DNA of 63,843 nt from Pocillopora damicornis (taxonomy: Eukaryota): contig NW_020846678.1 in the NCBI RefSeq assembly GCF_003704095.1, forward strand, positions 186,158 to 250,000. The letters run 5' to 3'. Every line of letters starts with the position of its first letter. The first letter of the stretch is position 1. Made by a program: the position numbers and the translations under genes. This document shows positions 42,801-50,473 of the stretch, one piece after another. Under the pieces are notes generated by a model. That model was not told the origin of the DNA and did not search any database. It saw only the letters and a list, made by a program, of their open reading frames with translations.

Positions 42801-45800
42801 CAATAAAACGAATTCCAAATTTGCAGGTTGTGTAAAATTTTTAGCGGTTGAGAACTTGCACGTTTGCGCCAATATATAAAAGTCTTCAAAGGTTAAAGAT
42901 CTGTATAAATGTGATTCTTAGTTGCCGTTCGTAATATGAATTACATCGAGGATTGTTGAATTTTTTACTTACTCCTTGTTGGTGTCGGTTTTGGAGTAGC
43001 TGCACATATCTTTGCCACAAGTTTTGGCAGGTTGGTTGTAATTCTCAATCTTACACCAGTGAACACGTGGTGACGGTCATTCGCTATGGTAGACAAAGAG
43101 GTCATGCTGGTCCTGCCACCCATTCCAACCGCGAATATCTCGACCCCAGCTTGCCTGAGCATCTCGGCAGGCCGCGCAACACCATCGGAGGATCTACTAC
43201 CAGTGACAACTACAAGGACTCTGGCTCGAGAAGACGACCGTGACCCAGTATACAAATATCTCTTAGCAAAGCGCAACGCGCGTCCTGTATACGATCGTCC
43301 GCGAGGAAAGCCGATCTTTTTCACTGCCTTTAACAAATCGTATTTGCGCGAGAAGGTACGGAAATTAGATACCGGAATTGGAGTGTTTGAATACGCAATA
43401 ATACCGACACGAGTATAGATCCTAGAAATGTCAAAATATCTGATGATCAATCGTGCGAGGTAAAGGACTTGGCTGAATCTATACCGACTGCCACTGCCGT
43501 CAAGTAGGATACCAAGATCAATACGAGATCTGCAAGCTAAATGAAGATTTTAAAGTATAAAAATTAATTCATTTTATAATCACAACATGATACTTTTTCC
43601 ATAACAAGGGTCACCATTTTCCGATTAAAGCCAATTCTAAATTTATTGCACATTTTCAGGATACAAAAAGCTTTACATAAATATAAATTGTTTAATTTAA
43701 GTATAAAGAGAAGTTGGACGGTTTAAAAAACTCTTAGATTTAAATAGGAGCATAACGGGTTTAAAAGCTACAACTTACTTTTTCCCCGAAGGGGTGGTGC
43801 CGGTGTTGGTGGTGCAGGAGTGGGGAAAGCTGAAAAATGCAATAATACGAAAAGAAGGAACAGTTATGTCAATCAAATTTGCCTCTAAATTAAATAACAA
43901 ACAACAAAAAGGAACACGTTAACCAAATGAAAACAAAGGGGGCTCCCCCCTTTACACCCTTACATCAGTATCAATTTTCTCCACACTATTCTCTGTACAT
44001 TTTCCATGGTATTGAAATGGAGAATTTGTTTAGAAGTCGAGAACTTCTCTTGTTGATACTCTAACGACCTTAACGTGTGATTCGGGAGGTAAATTTAAAG
44101 AATAATTTATATGCTAAACGCTTTTTGGGGTCAAAGAGTTAAAAGAATTATACTCACCTTTAAAGCAAAGTTTCTTGGCGATCCTGATGAGTCGTAATGA
44201 GAGAGCTACATCATAAACCTGCATACACGTTATCCAACCACGAAAATTGCGATTATCTCGTATTTTTGCACCCATCCTAGCAGGATAGTTTGTCGATAAA
44301 CGTATTCGACCAATAGCCTTAGTAGCGACTCTTTTGTCGTTGACATACAATGCTGCAACACCTGTGTTCTGATCGTACGTGCAACCAACAAAACTCCAGG
44401 ATCTGCGCCTAAGGATTCGACTGATCAGCGGCGGTGTCATAGCTCGCGTGCGCCGCACGAAACGTGCAAATAGTCTTCCTGCGCGTGTAACCCAAAAATG
44501 GACGCCAAACCCCCTGGGATCGTAGTTGAAGATAGGTCCCGCACCCCCATGGGGGTTGATCCATGCTAAGAGAGTGATGGAGTTCTGGGTGTCAAGTGGT
44601 CCCGTGTTGGGGAACTCAATAAAACTGTTAGGCTTTCCTGAAAAACTGTACGAGCCACCACGTCGTCCATCGGGGCCGGGCGCTGGTTTAACGTTGAATA
44701 ATTTTCCCGGCGGATTCCTCTTGGGACCAACGTCATAACCTCTGTAACTCACCGTCAAGGGGTAGAAGGCAACAGCATCCGGGAGTCCTATTAAGGGAGG
44801 CCAGGTTTATATGTCATGTTGGCGTAGTGACGTGTAAACTAATATTATTAGATAAACACCAATGGAATAAAGAGTGAGCTTTCGCGCGAAACATGACATC
44901 TTCACACGTGAAGATAACATGTTATTTTATCACGTGAAGATAAGATGTTATCTTAACACGTCAAAAGATCAATGTTGCTCTGGTTACAGCGCATGGTTCT
45001 ACTTCAAAAAAAAAAAAAGCGAAATGAGTTAGTATTTCATTGATGTTTATATCATAAATAGAATATTACAAGGCCGCTTATAGATTTTCCTTCTCGCGTT
45101 AAAAAATAATTCACTCGTTCGTTTTGCGCATTCGTGAAATATTTTTTATCACTCGAGGAGAAATTTCGTATCTCCGTACGGCCAGGTAATATCATCTATG
45201 TAAGAGGTTATTGTACTGGTGTCGTGGCTTTTTAAAGCTTTAGAAGTTGTATGCGCGTTATGAGAAGAGGTTTGCGATGTAATAGATGAAATATATTCCA
45301 TCTAACCACTTACTTTGAGGTGGCTTGGGCCTCTGTGTTGGACCTAAGAATGACAATAAATTTCAAATATCAGTGTTACGTCAATTTTGCCCAGCTAACC
45401 TGTAGAGCAGGCGTAATTTTGGCGAGCGAGTGCTTAGTATTTTCCAAGCGAAAATTATGGCCGCCATCTTTGATTTTAACAGCAGCGGAAGGCTGGGGAG
45501 AACAAGAACATTTTACCGAGGGGTGGGAGTGAGGGAGTGAATATTTTCGACCTTCTTTCTCCCCCTACCCCCACCGTCCACTCTGACTCCAAATCAAACA
45601 TGGCCGCTCGGATACACTATTGGGAGCTTTTAACGTTAACTCGCCTTACTAAGACAACTGCACTGCAGGCTACTGCCTCGCCTAAAAGAGGAGCCCTAGT
45701 TGGCTTCTTTTTGCCACCCATCATTCTCTTCGAAATATTTCCAAAGGTACGTGGCTCTGCGCGTGGTAGCGCCGCTATGATATAAATAAATGCAATAAGA

Positions 45801-48800
45801 ATTGTTACTCACGTGCTCGGAAGCAAACCCTTTCAGCTCTTTTTATTTCAGGACCAGACAAGGGTACACTGTACACTTGCATACAAGAGATCCTTCCACG
45901 GAAGTACCGCAAGTCACGCGGCAATGCACCCATTCTTACGGGTCGATTGGTAGCTAGACGAATGCGACCAATGAACAGAGACTTAACAGGTTGAGAGTCT
46001 CGCCATAGCGTTGCAATTCCTGTCCTTTCGTCATACGACGCTCCAACGTAATTCCACCTTCCAGGTCTCAATGTGCGACTGATCAACTGCCGGGTTGGTC
46101 TCCCTGTGCGGCGGACAAATCGCACGAACAGAGTATTCGGTCTGACGACCCAGAAGCGAACTCCTCCCGGAGAAAAATGAAATATTGGTCCAGAACCTTC
46201 AGGGTATACCCAGGCGAGGAGAGTCAGGGAGTATCTAGAATCGAGTTTTCCCTTGTTGGGGAAATCTATATAACTGGTTTTTCTTCCGTAGAAATAGTAG
46301 GAACCATCAGGCAGCCCATCAGGGCCAGGTGCGGGACGTACGTTGTGTAACTTTCCCTCGGGGTTCTGGCTAGAGCTGATGTCTTTACCTCTTGTTTTTC
46401 TACTGAGTGGGTAAAACGCAACGATACGGGGGAACCCTGAAAATTTGAAACAAATTCGATAAATAAAAACATACAATCGTAGCATAATTATTAAAATGAA
46501 CAGTTTATTTTTGTTACATGGTATACATCATGAAGAGGCCCTTGTGCCGTAAATTTCATAGTTACTATATTAAAGATTCTCGTGTGCTATAAGGAGCAAG
46601 ACATTTCCGGACTTGAAAGAACTGGGTAATGTCGAAAGGAATGCATTTAAAATTTCAGTGCGTTTGCAAGCTGTAAACCTTACGAATTAAATTCTTTGAT
46701 TAGTAATGGGAATGAATGCAGTTCCTGACTTATAGGTACAAGATTTGTTTAAAGATTTTTATAAACTATGGGCGACAAATTTATGTGAAAACAACTTAAC
46801 TAACACTTAATTATATAGCGTTTGTAGATCGCGTCCCTTGGTTTAGATACCGTTACATAATGTATTTTCCCGCGCATCTCATTTAAACCTTTAACAATGA
46901 GTTTCCATTACCAGAAAAACTACACTTACGTGTTCTTTTAGTTGGCTTTGTAGTCGGTTCTGAAAGCAAAAGAAAGATGGTACGAGAACGGGTCACTTTA
47001 ACACAAAACTACACTTTCACCATACACATGACTAACTCGTCGCTTTTCTGCATTTTCTTGTGTTTTGAGTCCAGTCCACTTTAATTTCAAAAACCAATAT
47101 TGCGGTATGCCTCAACATTATTTTTGTGAATGGGCTTAAAATCGAGCGGCCCAGCCTCTGTTTTCAAACGGTTTTAAAAAAATCATAACGAGTAAACAGA
47201 ACCACGATTACTATCATAAGGCGTCCGTGAGGATTCAGAGTAAAAAACGAACAAACTTCCTGCGGCGCAGGAAAATCTGTGATCGAGCGACGAGTGACGA
47301 GTGTGCATCTGTTGGTCGACAGAGTGCCTGGATTTTCTATACCAATCACGGAGTGGTAAACCAAAGATTGAAAAAGCCCGGATTACTTGCGGCACTCGAA
47401 ATTTTAAATATTAAAGTTACCACTTACTTATTGGGGGTCTGGTGATGGGACAGAGGCAGACACGATGCTTCGCTGGTAAAAGATTTCCACCAGTGCCTGA
47501 AAATAAATAAGACGAATTGGATTGCTTGCGTGAACTAAAACTAAAAGTCACTTCACCTATCGCATGTTTAAACAAGGTTGATAACTTGGAGTATGTCAAG
47601 CCACAGCGGTTGTCATTTTTTGGGATAAGCAGCGAGGTGGACTAGGAATGAGGTGAGAGAAACGACATAATAAAGTAAACTTTTTCGTGGTCAGATTTTT
47701 GGTTAAAATGGCTGCTTCTTACATAAATCGCCCGATACAGTAATATATTAAAGTACACCTTTTCTATGTTCAGATTTTTCGCTTAAATGGCTGCTTCTCA
47801 CAAAAATCACCGATACACCCACATAACCTCGAGTAAGTGCTATGGAAATTAATATCAATTTTAGATCATTTCATTGCCCATTTTTTGTATTTAAAGGATT
47901 TTCATATCCTGTGTGAAATTGTAGATATTCACAGTCATAGATCCAAGTCCGTAAACACTTAGGAGAGGGAATTGAAGTACCAAGGATTCGAAATAATAAA
48001 GTTACGCACCTAAGCAAATTGCGTTCCTGAGTTCGTTAACTACGATTCCCAAATGAGTCCAGTCCGCAGTAAAGATGTGATTCCTTCGAGGAGGAGAAGC
48101 CATAATGTCTAACTGACGACCATTAATGTACCGTCCCACCCCTAGACAATAAATCCTTACACCACGGGCCTTTAAAGCGTTTGAAGGTCCTGCAACGTCA
48201 TCCATCGAACTTCCATCGGTTATGACCACTACTACCTTAGTGGTCCTTGAACGTCTGGTGTTCTTACGGAACATCTGGTTTTGCGCCATCAATAAAGCCC
48301 TACCAATACGACTCCCTGATTTGGGGTAATGGACCCCCTTGTTAAGCCTGTTGAAGATAGCGCCGTTGTTTGTGTAGCTGTTAAAGCCGAAAAGCTTATA
48401 CGGCTTGGTACCAAACACGATGGCTCCCACGCGCGTGTTTGTTCGGGAGACTGAAAAACCGAGGACAACATTACGGACGAAGTCGATCAACCGTCGGAAG
48501 TTTCCGATGCCATAACGTTCCACGCTTGCTGAGCCGTCGATCAAAAATGCAAGATCTATGGCAGTTCTGCATGCTGTTGGAACAGAAAAAAGAGCAATAA
48601 AATTGTTTGATGCATATTGGCAGAGAAAATGTAATGATAAACTAGGGCTTATCCATCTACCGTTTTCAAATAAAATGTGACCACTTCTAATTAATAATTT
48701 GTTGAACTTCAATTTCGTTGCCAACAAGGAACAAAGTTTGGGTCTTTGAGGGATATATATTTTTTAGTAATTAAATCTTAAAATAATTTAAGGGATCTTG

Positions 48801-48975
48801 CCCAGGTATGGAAAAATATGTGGATACAAATAATATTAGTAAGAACAAGTGATATAAACCAGGCTGAACTTTACAATGAGTTACATTTGGGAGAGGAGGG
48901 AAGGGGGAGTCGTCAGCTAAGATATAACAATGATAAAATTTTACTTACTCATTGGCGCTGTTGGCTTTAAGGTTG
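1..48975 (-). CDS. Giant multi-exon, highly basic vWA / LamG-like repeat protein (>=13 vWA + >=18 LamG-like domains, ~6,600 aa in window; 3' end outside window, 5' end uncertain)
   Basis: Successive minus-strand ORFs fall into two recurring domain types bounded by canonical AG/GT sites. All complete module exons are multiples of 3 and phase 1-1, so they splice into one frame. Order 5'->3': V L L V L L V L V L V L V L V L L V L [gap] V V L L V L L L V L L V. Extracellular location is inferred from the domain types and paired Cys. Confidence 0.9.
565..824. mobile_element. Fold-back element with ~100-bp inverted arms, derived from Penelope-like termini; damaged hammerhead core in the spacer
   Basis: 565-668 is the near-perfect reverse complement of 721-824. 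The spacer contains CTGACGTTTCGAGCGTTAGCCCTTCGTC, shared with 7731-7760. Confidence 0.8.
1209..48975 (-). CDS. Set of 30 Pro/Thr/Lys/Arg-rich linker micro-exons of the giant gene
   Basis: Each is AG/GT bounded, phase 1-1 and a multiple of 3 (except the gap-truncated one): 1209-1250, 2669-2740, 4508-4585, 5856-5882, 8032-8109, 9694-9723, 11949-12008, 13057-13089, 14404-14463, 15460-15483, 17866-17922, (21938)-21965 truncated by gap, 23059-23103, 24690-24719, 25031-25057, 26539-26568, 28296-28316, 30054-30083, 32191-32241, 33425-33442, 34707-34754, 37097-37147, 38204-38233, 39744-39773, 41258-41284, 42602-42643, 43779-43829, 45314-45343, 46930-46959, 48949-48975. Confidence 0.8.
1527..2162 (-). 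CDS. Exon L18: LamG-like (ConA-fold) domain
   Basis: YPL...GPDG...FPNRGKLDT..SITLLAWI...WQFVGATYDG.TG..LFVN...LATNYPVRMG...GRISCMQVY...CF; 636 nt, AG/GT bounded. Confidence 0.88.
2785..2900. repeat. Interspersed repeat; degenerate inverse copy at ~27860-28015
   Basis: TGTGATTAG...CTCAGCCAGTGAGATTCAAACTAAAA resembles the reverse complement of TTTTAGCTTTGCATGTCGCTGATTGAG...CCAATCACA. Confidence 0.45.
3402..4016 (-). CDS. Exon L17: LamG-like domain
   Basis: Same motif set (ORF 3046..4056); 615 nt, AG/GT bounded. Confidence 0.88.
4952..5491 (-). CDS. Exon V12: vWA domain, MIDAS degenerate (DACTE)
   Basis: CKPKIDLTFVIDACTE...RISLITYA...YTGAAL...VEVFAMGIG...EL..IATD...VC; 540 nt. Confidence 0.88.
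6527..6780. repeat. Degenerate (GACA)n microsatellite; related tracts at 6019-6110, 31050-31125, 59380-59545
   Basis: 4-nt periodic GACA/GATA/CAAA/TCAA units. Confidence 0.75.
6791..7423 (-). CDS. Exon L16: LamG-like domain
   Basis: ORF 6762..7472 motifs; 633 nt, AG/GT bounded. Confidence 0.88.
7670..7942 (-). mobile_element. 3' fragment of a Penelope-like retroelement (GIY-YIG C-terminus + 3' region)
   Basis: Minus strand 7858-7942 translates CRKTLEQKFIFQIGTLNPHGINE..., the typical end of a PLE GIY-YIG domain. It is followed by a hammerhead motif and the arm sequence seen at 625-668. Confidence 0.78.
7728..7763 (-). ncRNA. Minimal type I hammerhead ribozyme motif
   Basis: GCU-CUGACGA-GGGGCUAACGCUC-GAAA-U-GUC-AGC: CUGANGA and GAAA core boxes, short stem II, GUC site; PLE context. 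Confidence 0.6.
8600..9244 (-). CDS. Exon L15: LamG-like domain
   Basis: ORF 8592..9233 motifs; 645 nt. Confidence 0.88.
9821..10453 (-). CDS. Exon L14: LamG-like domain, extra-Cys subtype (NKGCLDT)
   Basis: ORF 9807..10358 extended to the acceptor at 10454-10455; 633 nt. Confidence 0.88.
10797..11348 (-). CDS. Exon V11: vWA domain, extra-Cys subtype (RQCGRKR), MIDAS distal Asp lost
   Basis: ACRANMDLGFLIDSSYS...RVGVVTYA...VLVVFASARSVD...IEVFVVAIG; 552 nt. Confidence 0.88.
12264..12896 (-). CDS. Exon L13: LamG-like domain
   Basis: ORF 12235..12924 motifs; 633 nt. Confidence 0.88.
13399..14001 (-). CDS. Exon L12: LamG-like domain
   Basis: ORF 13388..14164 motifs; 603 nt. Confidence 0.88.
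14585..15118 (-). CDS. Exon V10: vWA domain, MIDAS degenerate (DASGR; MSGPS)
   Basis: ACNLAIDIGFVLDASGRVG...RVGVIVYG...IEVFAVGV; 534 nt. Confidence 0.88.
15851..16010. repeat. 20-bp minisatellite, ~8 degenerate copies
   Basis: Unit ~TTGCCCCTRTAGGCATGTTA repeated head-to-tail. Confidence 0.9.
16077..16348 (-). CDS. Exon V9b: C-terminal half of vWA domain V9
   Basis: YLFPRG...VLVILTDGISQDNV...VEIFSLGIG...KAC; joins V9a through a phase-2 intron (292+272=564 nt). Confidence 0.85.
16410..16710. mobile_element. ~300-bp non-autonomous element with an internal tRNA-like (SINE) cassette, copy 1
   Basis: Strongly similar to 61600-61885. The minus strand has A-box TAGTCCAGTGG and B-box GGTTCTAGTCC; sub-terminal inverted match AGCGGTGCTTGC / GCGAGCTCCGCT. 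Confidence 0.8.
17440..17731 (-). CDS. Exon V9a: N-terminal half of vWA domain V9, MIDAS intact
   Basis: CRLKVDLGFLVDGSGSIE..GKGNF...RVGMVVFS...YPYGGTKLGRAL. Confidence 0.85.
18785..20608 (+). other. Gap-interrupted plus-strand fragments of the same gene family: vWA start (18785-18832), two vWA ends (19215-19402, 20028-20216), two LamG starts (19876-19927, 20538-20608); probably mis-oriented contigs
   Basis: CTARVDLGFLIDATS; RVKRPAEALKGAGVEIF...LKDRICYSPG|gtaag twice; ag|VIRRGAVAVYQLNSASK twice; separated by N-runs. Confidence 0.8.
19535..19567 (-). repeat. Degenerate third copy of the PLE hammerhead/terminal repeat
   Basis: CTGACGA-AGACCTGACGCTC-GAAA-GGTC on the minus strand; flanks resemble the 565-824 arms. 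Confidence 0.5.
22123..22764 (-). CDS. Exon L11: LamG-like domain
   Basis: ORF 22088..22786 motifs; 642 nt. Confidence 0.88.
23487..23628. mobile_element. MITE-like element (~140 bp)
   Basis: Terminal inverted repeats GGCCCAGTTGTTCAAA...TTTGAACAGCCCGGCC with an internal imperfect palindrome. Confidence 0.65.
23803..24366 (-). CDS. Exon V8: vWA domain, MIDAS intact
   Basis: CKIAVDLGFLVDGSGSIE...GGTRIG...ITDGISQD; 564 nt. Confidence 0.9.
25666..26301 (-). CDS. Exon L10: LamG-like domain
   Basis: ORF 25634..26320 motifs; 636 nt. Confidence 0.88.
27085..27714 (-). CDS. Exon L9: LamG-like domain
   Basis: PPRAVALYPLN...GPD...YIYFPNNGGIDT...WNYIAATYD...LATNYP...GRIACMQVF...CF; 630 nt. Confidence 0.86.
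28812..29149 (-). CDS. Exon V7b: C-terminal part of vWA domain V7
   Basis: YLPRGRGSFIGRAL...LLILSDGVSSD...VELFALGIG...KVC; phase-2 junction with V7a (232+338=570 nt). Confidence 0.85.
29310..29541 (-). CDS. Exon V7a: N-terminal part of vWA domain V7 (DGSSS)
   Basis: CRSRVDLGILVDGSSSVG..NF...RVGVMLFS...AINRIR|gt. Confidence 0.85.
30205..30873 (-). CDS. Exon L8: LamG-like domain, extra-Cys subtype (NNGCLDT)
   Basis: 669 nt, same length as L6; AG/GT bounded. Confidence 0.88.
31187..31735 (-). CDS. Exon V6: vWA domain, extra-Cys subtype (PTCGRRR), MIDAS degenerate (DGSRR)
   Basis: CKARIDLGFLIDGSRR...IEVYTVGLG...IKDRMCHSP; 549 nt. Confidence 0.88.
32586..33221 (-). CDS. Exon L7: LamG-like domain
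   Basis: ORF 32554..33240 motifs; 636 nt. Confidence 0.88.
33666..34235 (-). CDS. Exon V5: vWA domain, MIDAS intact
   Basis: CAVPIDLGFLIDGSSSIE..GRGNF...GGTYIG...LTDGISQD; 570 nt. Confidence 0.9.
35256..35924 (-). CDS. Exon L6: LamG-like domain, extra-Cys subtype (NNGCLDT)
   Basis: ORF 35164..35766 extended to the acceptor; 669 nt. Confidence 0.88.
36434..36976 (-). CDS. Exon V4: vWA domain, extra-Cys subtype (PRCGRRR), MIDAS degenerate (DASRV)
   Basis: CRQRIDLGFLVDASRV...VELYAVGIG...IKDKIC; 543 nt. Confidence 0.88.
37366..38001 (-). CDS. Exon L5: LamG-like domain (alternative in-frame acceptor at 37989)
   Basis: ORF 37355..38068 motifs; 636 nt. Confidence 0.87.
38481..39047 (-). CDS. Exon V3: vWA domain, MIDAS intact
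   Basis: CRTVVDLGFLIDGSGSIE..GRGNF...GKTYIG...LTDGISQD; 567 nt. Confidence 0.9.
40182..40820 (-). CDS. Exon L4: LamG-like domain
   Basis: ORF 40168..40725 extended to the acceptor; 639 nt. Confidence 0.88.
41632..42258 (-). CDS. Exon L3: LamG-like domain
   Basis: ORF 41609..42349 motifs; 627 nt. Confidence 0.88.
42973..43536 (-). CDS. Exon V2: vWA domain (DGSGS present, distal Asp lost: VTGSRS)
   Basis: CRSRIDLGILLDGSGS...RVGIIAYS...YTGRAL...VEIFAVGMG...KIC; 564 nt. Confidence 0.88.
44158..44787 (-). CDS. Exon L2: LamG-like domain
   Basis: ORF 44114..44758 motifs; 630 nt. Confidence 0.88.
44846..45200. repeat. Interspersed repeat with internal tandem CACGTGAAGATAACATGTTAT units and imperfect inverted segments
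   Basis: Three ~26-bp related units at ~44900-44970; TAAACACCAATGGAATA pairs with TATTTCATTGATGTTTA. Confidence 0.5.
45395..45671. mobile_element. Putative non-autonomous TIR element
   Basis: Ends TAACCTGTAGAGCAG...CTGCACTGCAGGCTA are imperfect inverted repeats; GC-richer than the host intron. Confidence 0.5.
45813..46436 (-). CDS. Exon L1: LamG-like domain
   Basis: ORF 45805..46485 motifs; 624 nt. Confidence 0.88.
47428..47496 (-). CDS. 69-nt CLC linker exon (GTGGNLLPAKHRVCLCPITRPPI)
   Basis: tttcag|...|gtaagt, phase 1-1; homologous to exon 57366-57434. Confidence 0.8.
   Translation of the reverse strand, partial: ALVEIFYQRSIVSASVPSPDPQ
48010..48573 (-). CDS. Exon V1: first vWA domain (DGSAS...ITDG)
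   Basis: CRTAIDLAFLIDGSASVE..GIGNF...RVGAIVFG...VITDGSSMDDV...AIC; 564 nt. Confidence 0.9.
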
Positions 48976-49546
48976 CTGAAACAAAATAGAGTTTAATAGT
49001 ACTTGGTGAGAGTCAGATTCAGTGCAAGACTAAGGAGTATGATCATTACAGACGACTTGACATATTGTGGCAATGTTCATTACATCGTAAGCTATTCATA
49101 CCTCTGGAGCTGAATGGCCTATATTATAGACTTTGCTATATTTTCTCATTTCACTACACACGCGAGAAGGTTGGAAAAAAAAAAACTAATGATATTAACA
49201 CGATGGTTAAAATGTAAACTGCAATCTGACGTTCTCTCTCATACTTTTCGTGACATGGGTGTCAATCTGGATTAGAAATAACAGCATACATATCATCTAC
49301 AGTGATTCAAATGATAATACATGTACAGGTTTAACTTCTTTCTACAAAGCAAAGCTATCATACTTCGTTCAAACCGGTGTGGAAAAAAGTTTAAAGCTAA
49401 TCCGTCATGTGTAACAAACACTGAAAGATTGCGTTACTGAAGGTCGTAACTAGATTTGCTTAAGAGAGAGAGAGAGACAAACGAGTGTAATTAAAAATAT
49501 ATATATAAAAAAAACACGGGGTCTTAGTCGTTTGACTTTCGATAAC

Positions 49547-49914
49547 CTGTAGTACATGACTTTGAAGCATAAGCCAATTCGTGAAAACCCCAAAATTGTA
49601 ATAATATGCTTAGAACGTGCGCGACAACACAGCACGGCAGTTCAGAAACAAACGAGTCGCCATTGTGAACAATTCTAATTTCACAATAATCTTACAAAAT
49701 TACTCCTTCAGATACCAGATGTCCTATATAATAAATGGCATATTAATTTCATTTCAAGGAAGTATCGAGCGGACCATCAGATAATTCAATCAAACAATTT
49801 GAATAAACGATTCACAAAGGTTACACAAGCTCAATCGATCCGCAATGTCAACAACATCGACATGAACAAACGAAAATACCTGCAGTTTTTCAGAGCTATT
49901 CTTGAAGAATACAT
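49547..49914 (-). CDS. Tentative first coding exons of the giant gene (49880-49914 + 49547-49674)
   Basis: ATG at 49914. The joined frame reads MYSSRIALKNCRIVHNGDSFVSELPCCVVAHVLSILLQFWGFHELAYASKSCTT and ends in phase 1. It has a hydrophobic stretch and an AxA-like site, but the acceptor is weak. Confidence 0.35.
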
Positions 49915-49988
49915 CTTGAATACTGAGATAAATTTGGGTCGAAACAAAACGGTTGATCGTATCGTCGATAAACTTAGGAACATTGTTG

Positions 49989-49994
49989 TTTATA
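49989..49994 (-). promoter_or_regulatory. Candidate TATA box of the giant gene
   Basis: TATAAA on the minus strand ~75 nt upstream of the tentative ATG; motif only. Confidence 0.25.
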
Positions 49995-50473
49995 GAGCAG
50001 AAGAGGCAAAAAATGCGCGACACGAGCGTGACAGTCAGCCGTTACGCACGAAACGTATGCTATGTATGTGACATATAGTATACCGAGTAATCCTAGGCAT
50101 CGTTTGCTTCTGCTGGGTTATTTCATAAATTAAAATATTGAAAGAAGGATAAAACAAAAACTGACATCATGAAAGAAATTCTTGCCAAATGATCTGTCAC
50201 TATTGAATCTAATTTAACAGAAAAACGAAAAATCATCCTTCACTCACGGCACATAATTGTTCCTCTTGTAGTTTACCACATTTACTTACAGATCTTAAAT
50301 AAGTTAGCAAGCCCCTATTGTTAGCGCAGTATGGCAGGACGAACGTTTTTTCTCCCGCTAGCCCTTTGCAGAAACTTCTGCTGGCTCTTTTTTTCCGAAG
50401 GCCCCATTCTTTCCCTAAGGCAAAGAAACACTCGTGCCCAAGCGCTAATAACAAGGGTGTGCTCGCAGGTGCT

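Noticed and set aside
47690-47820. ~50-bp direct repeat pair in an intron
   Set aside because: Simple local duplication with no further structure
1-48727. Reading the ~30 minus-strand ORFs as a prokaryotic operon or an array of separate genes
   Set aside because: Homology starts and stops at AG/GT sites in constant phase, ORF ends run into pyrimidine tracts, and there are no individual signal peptides or RBS
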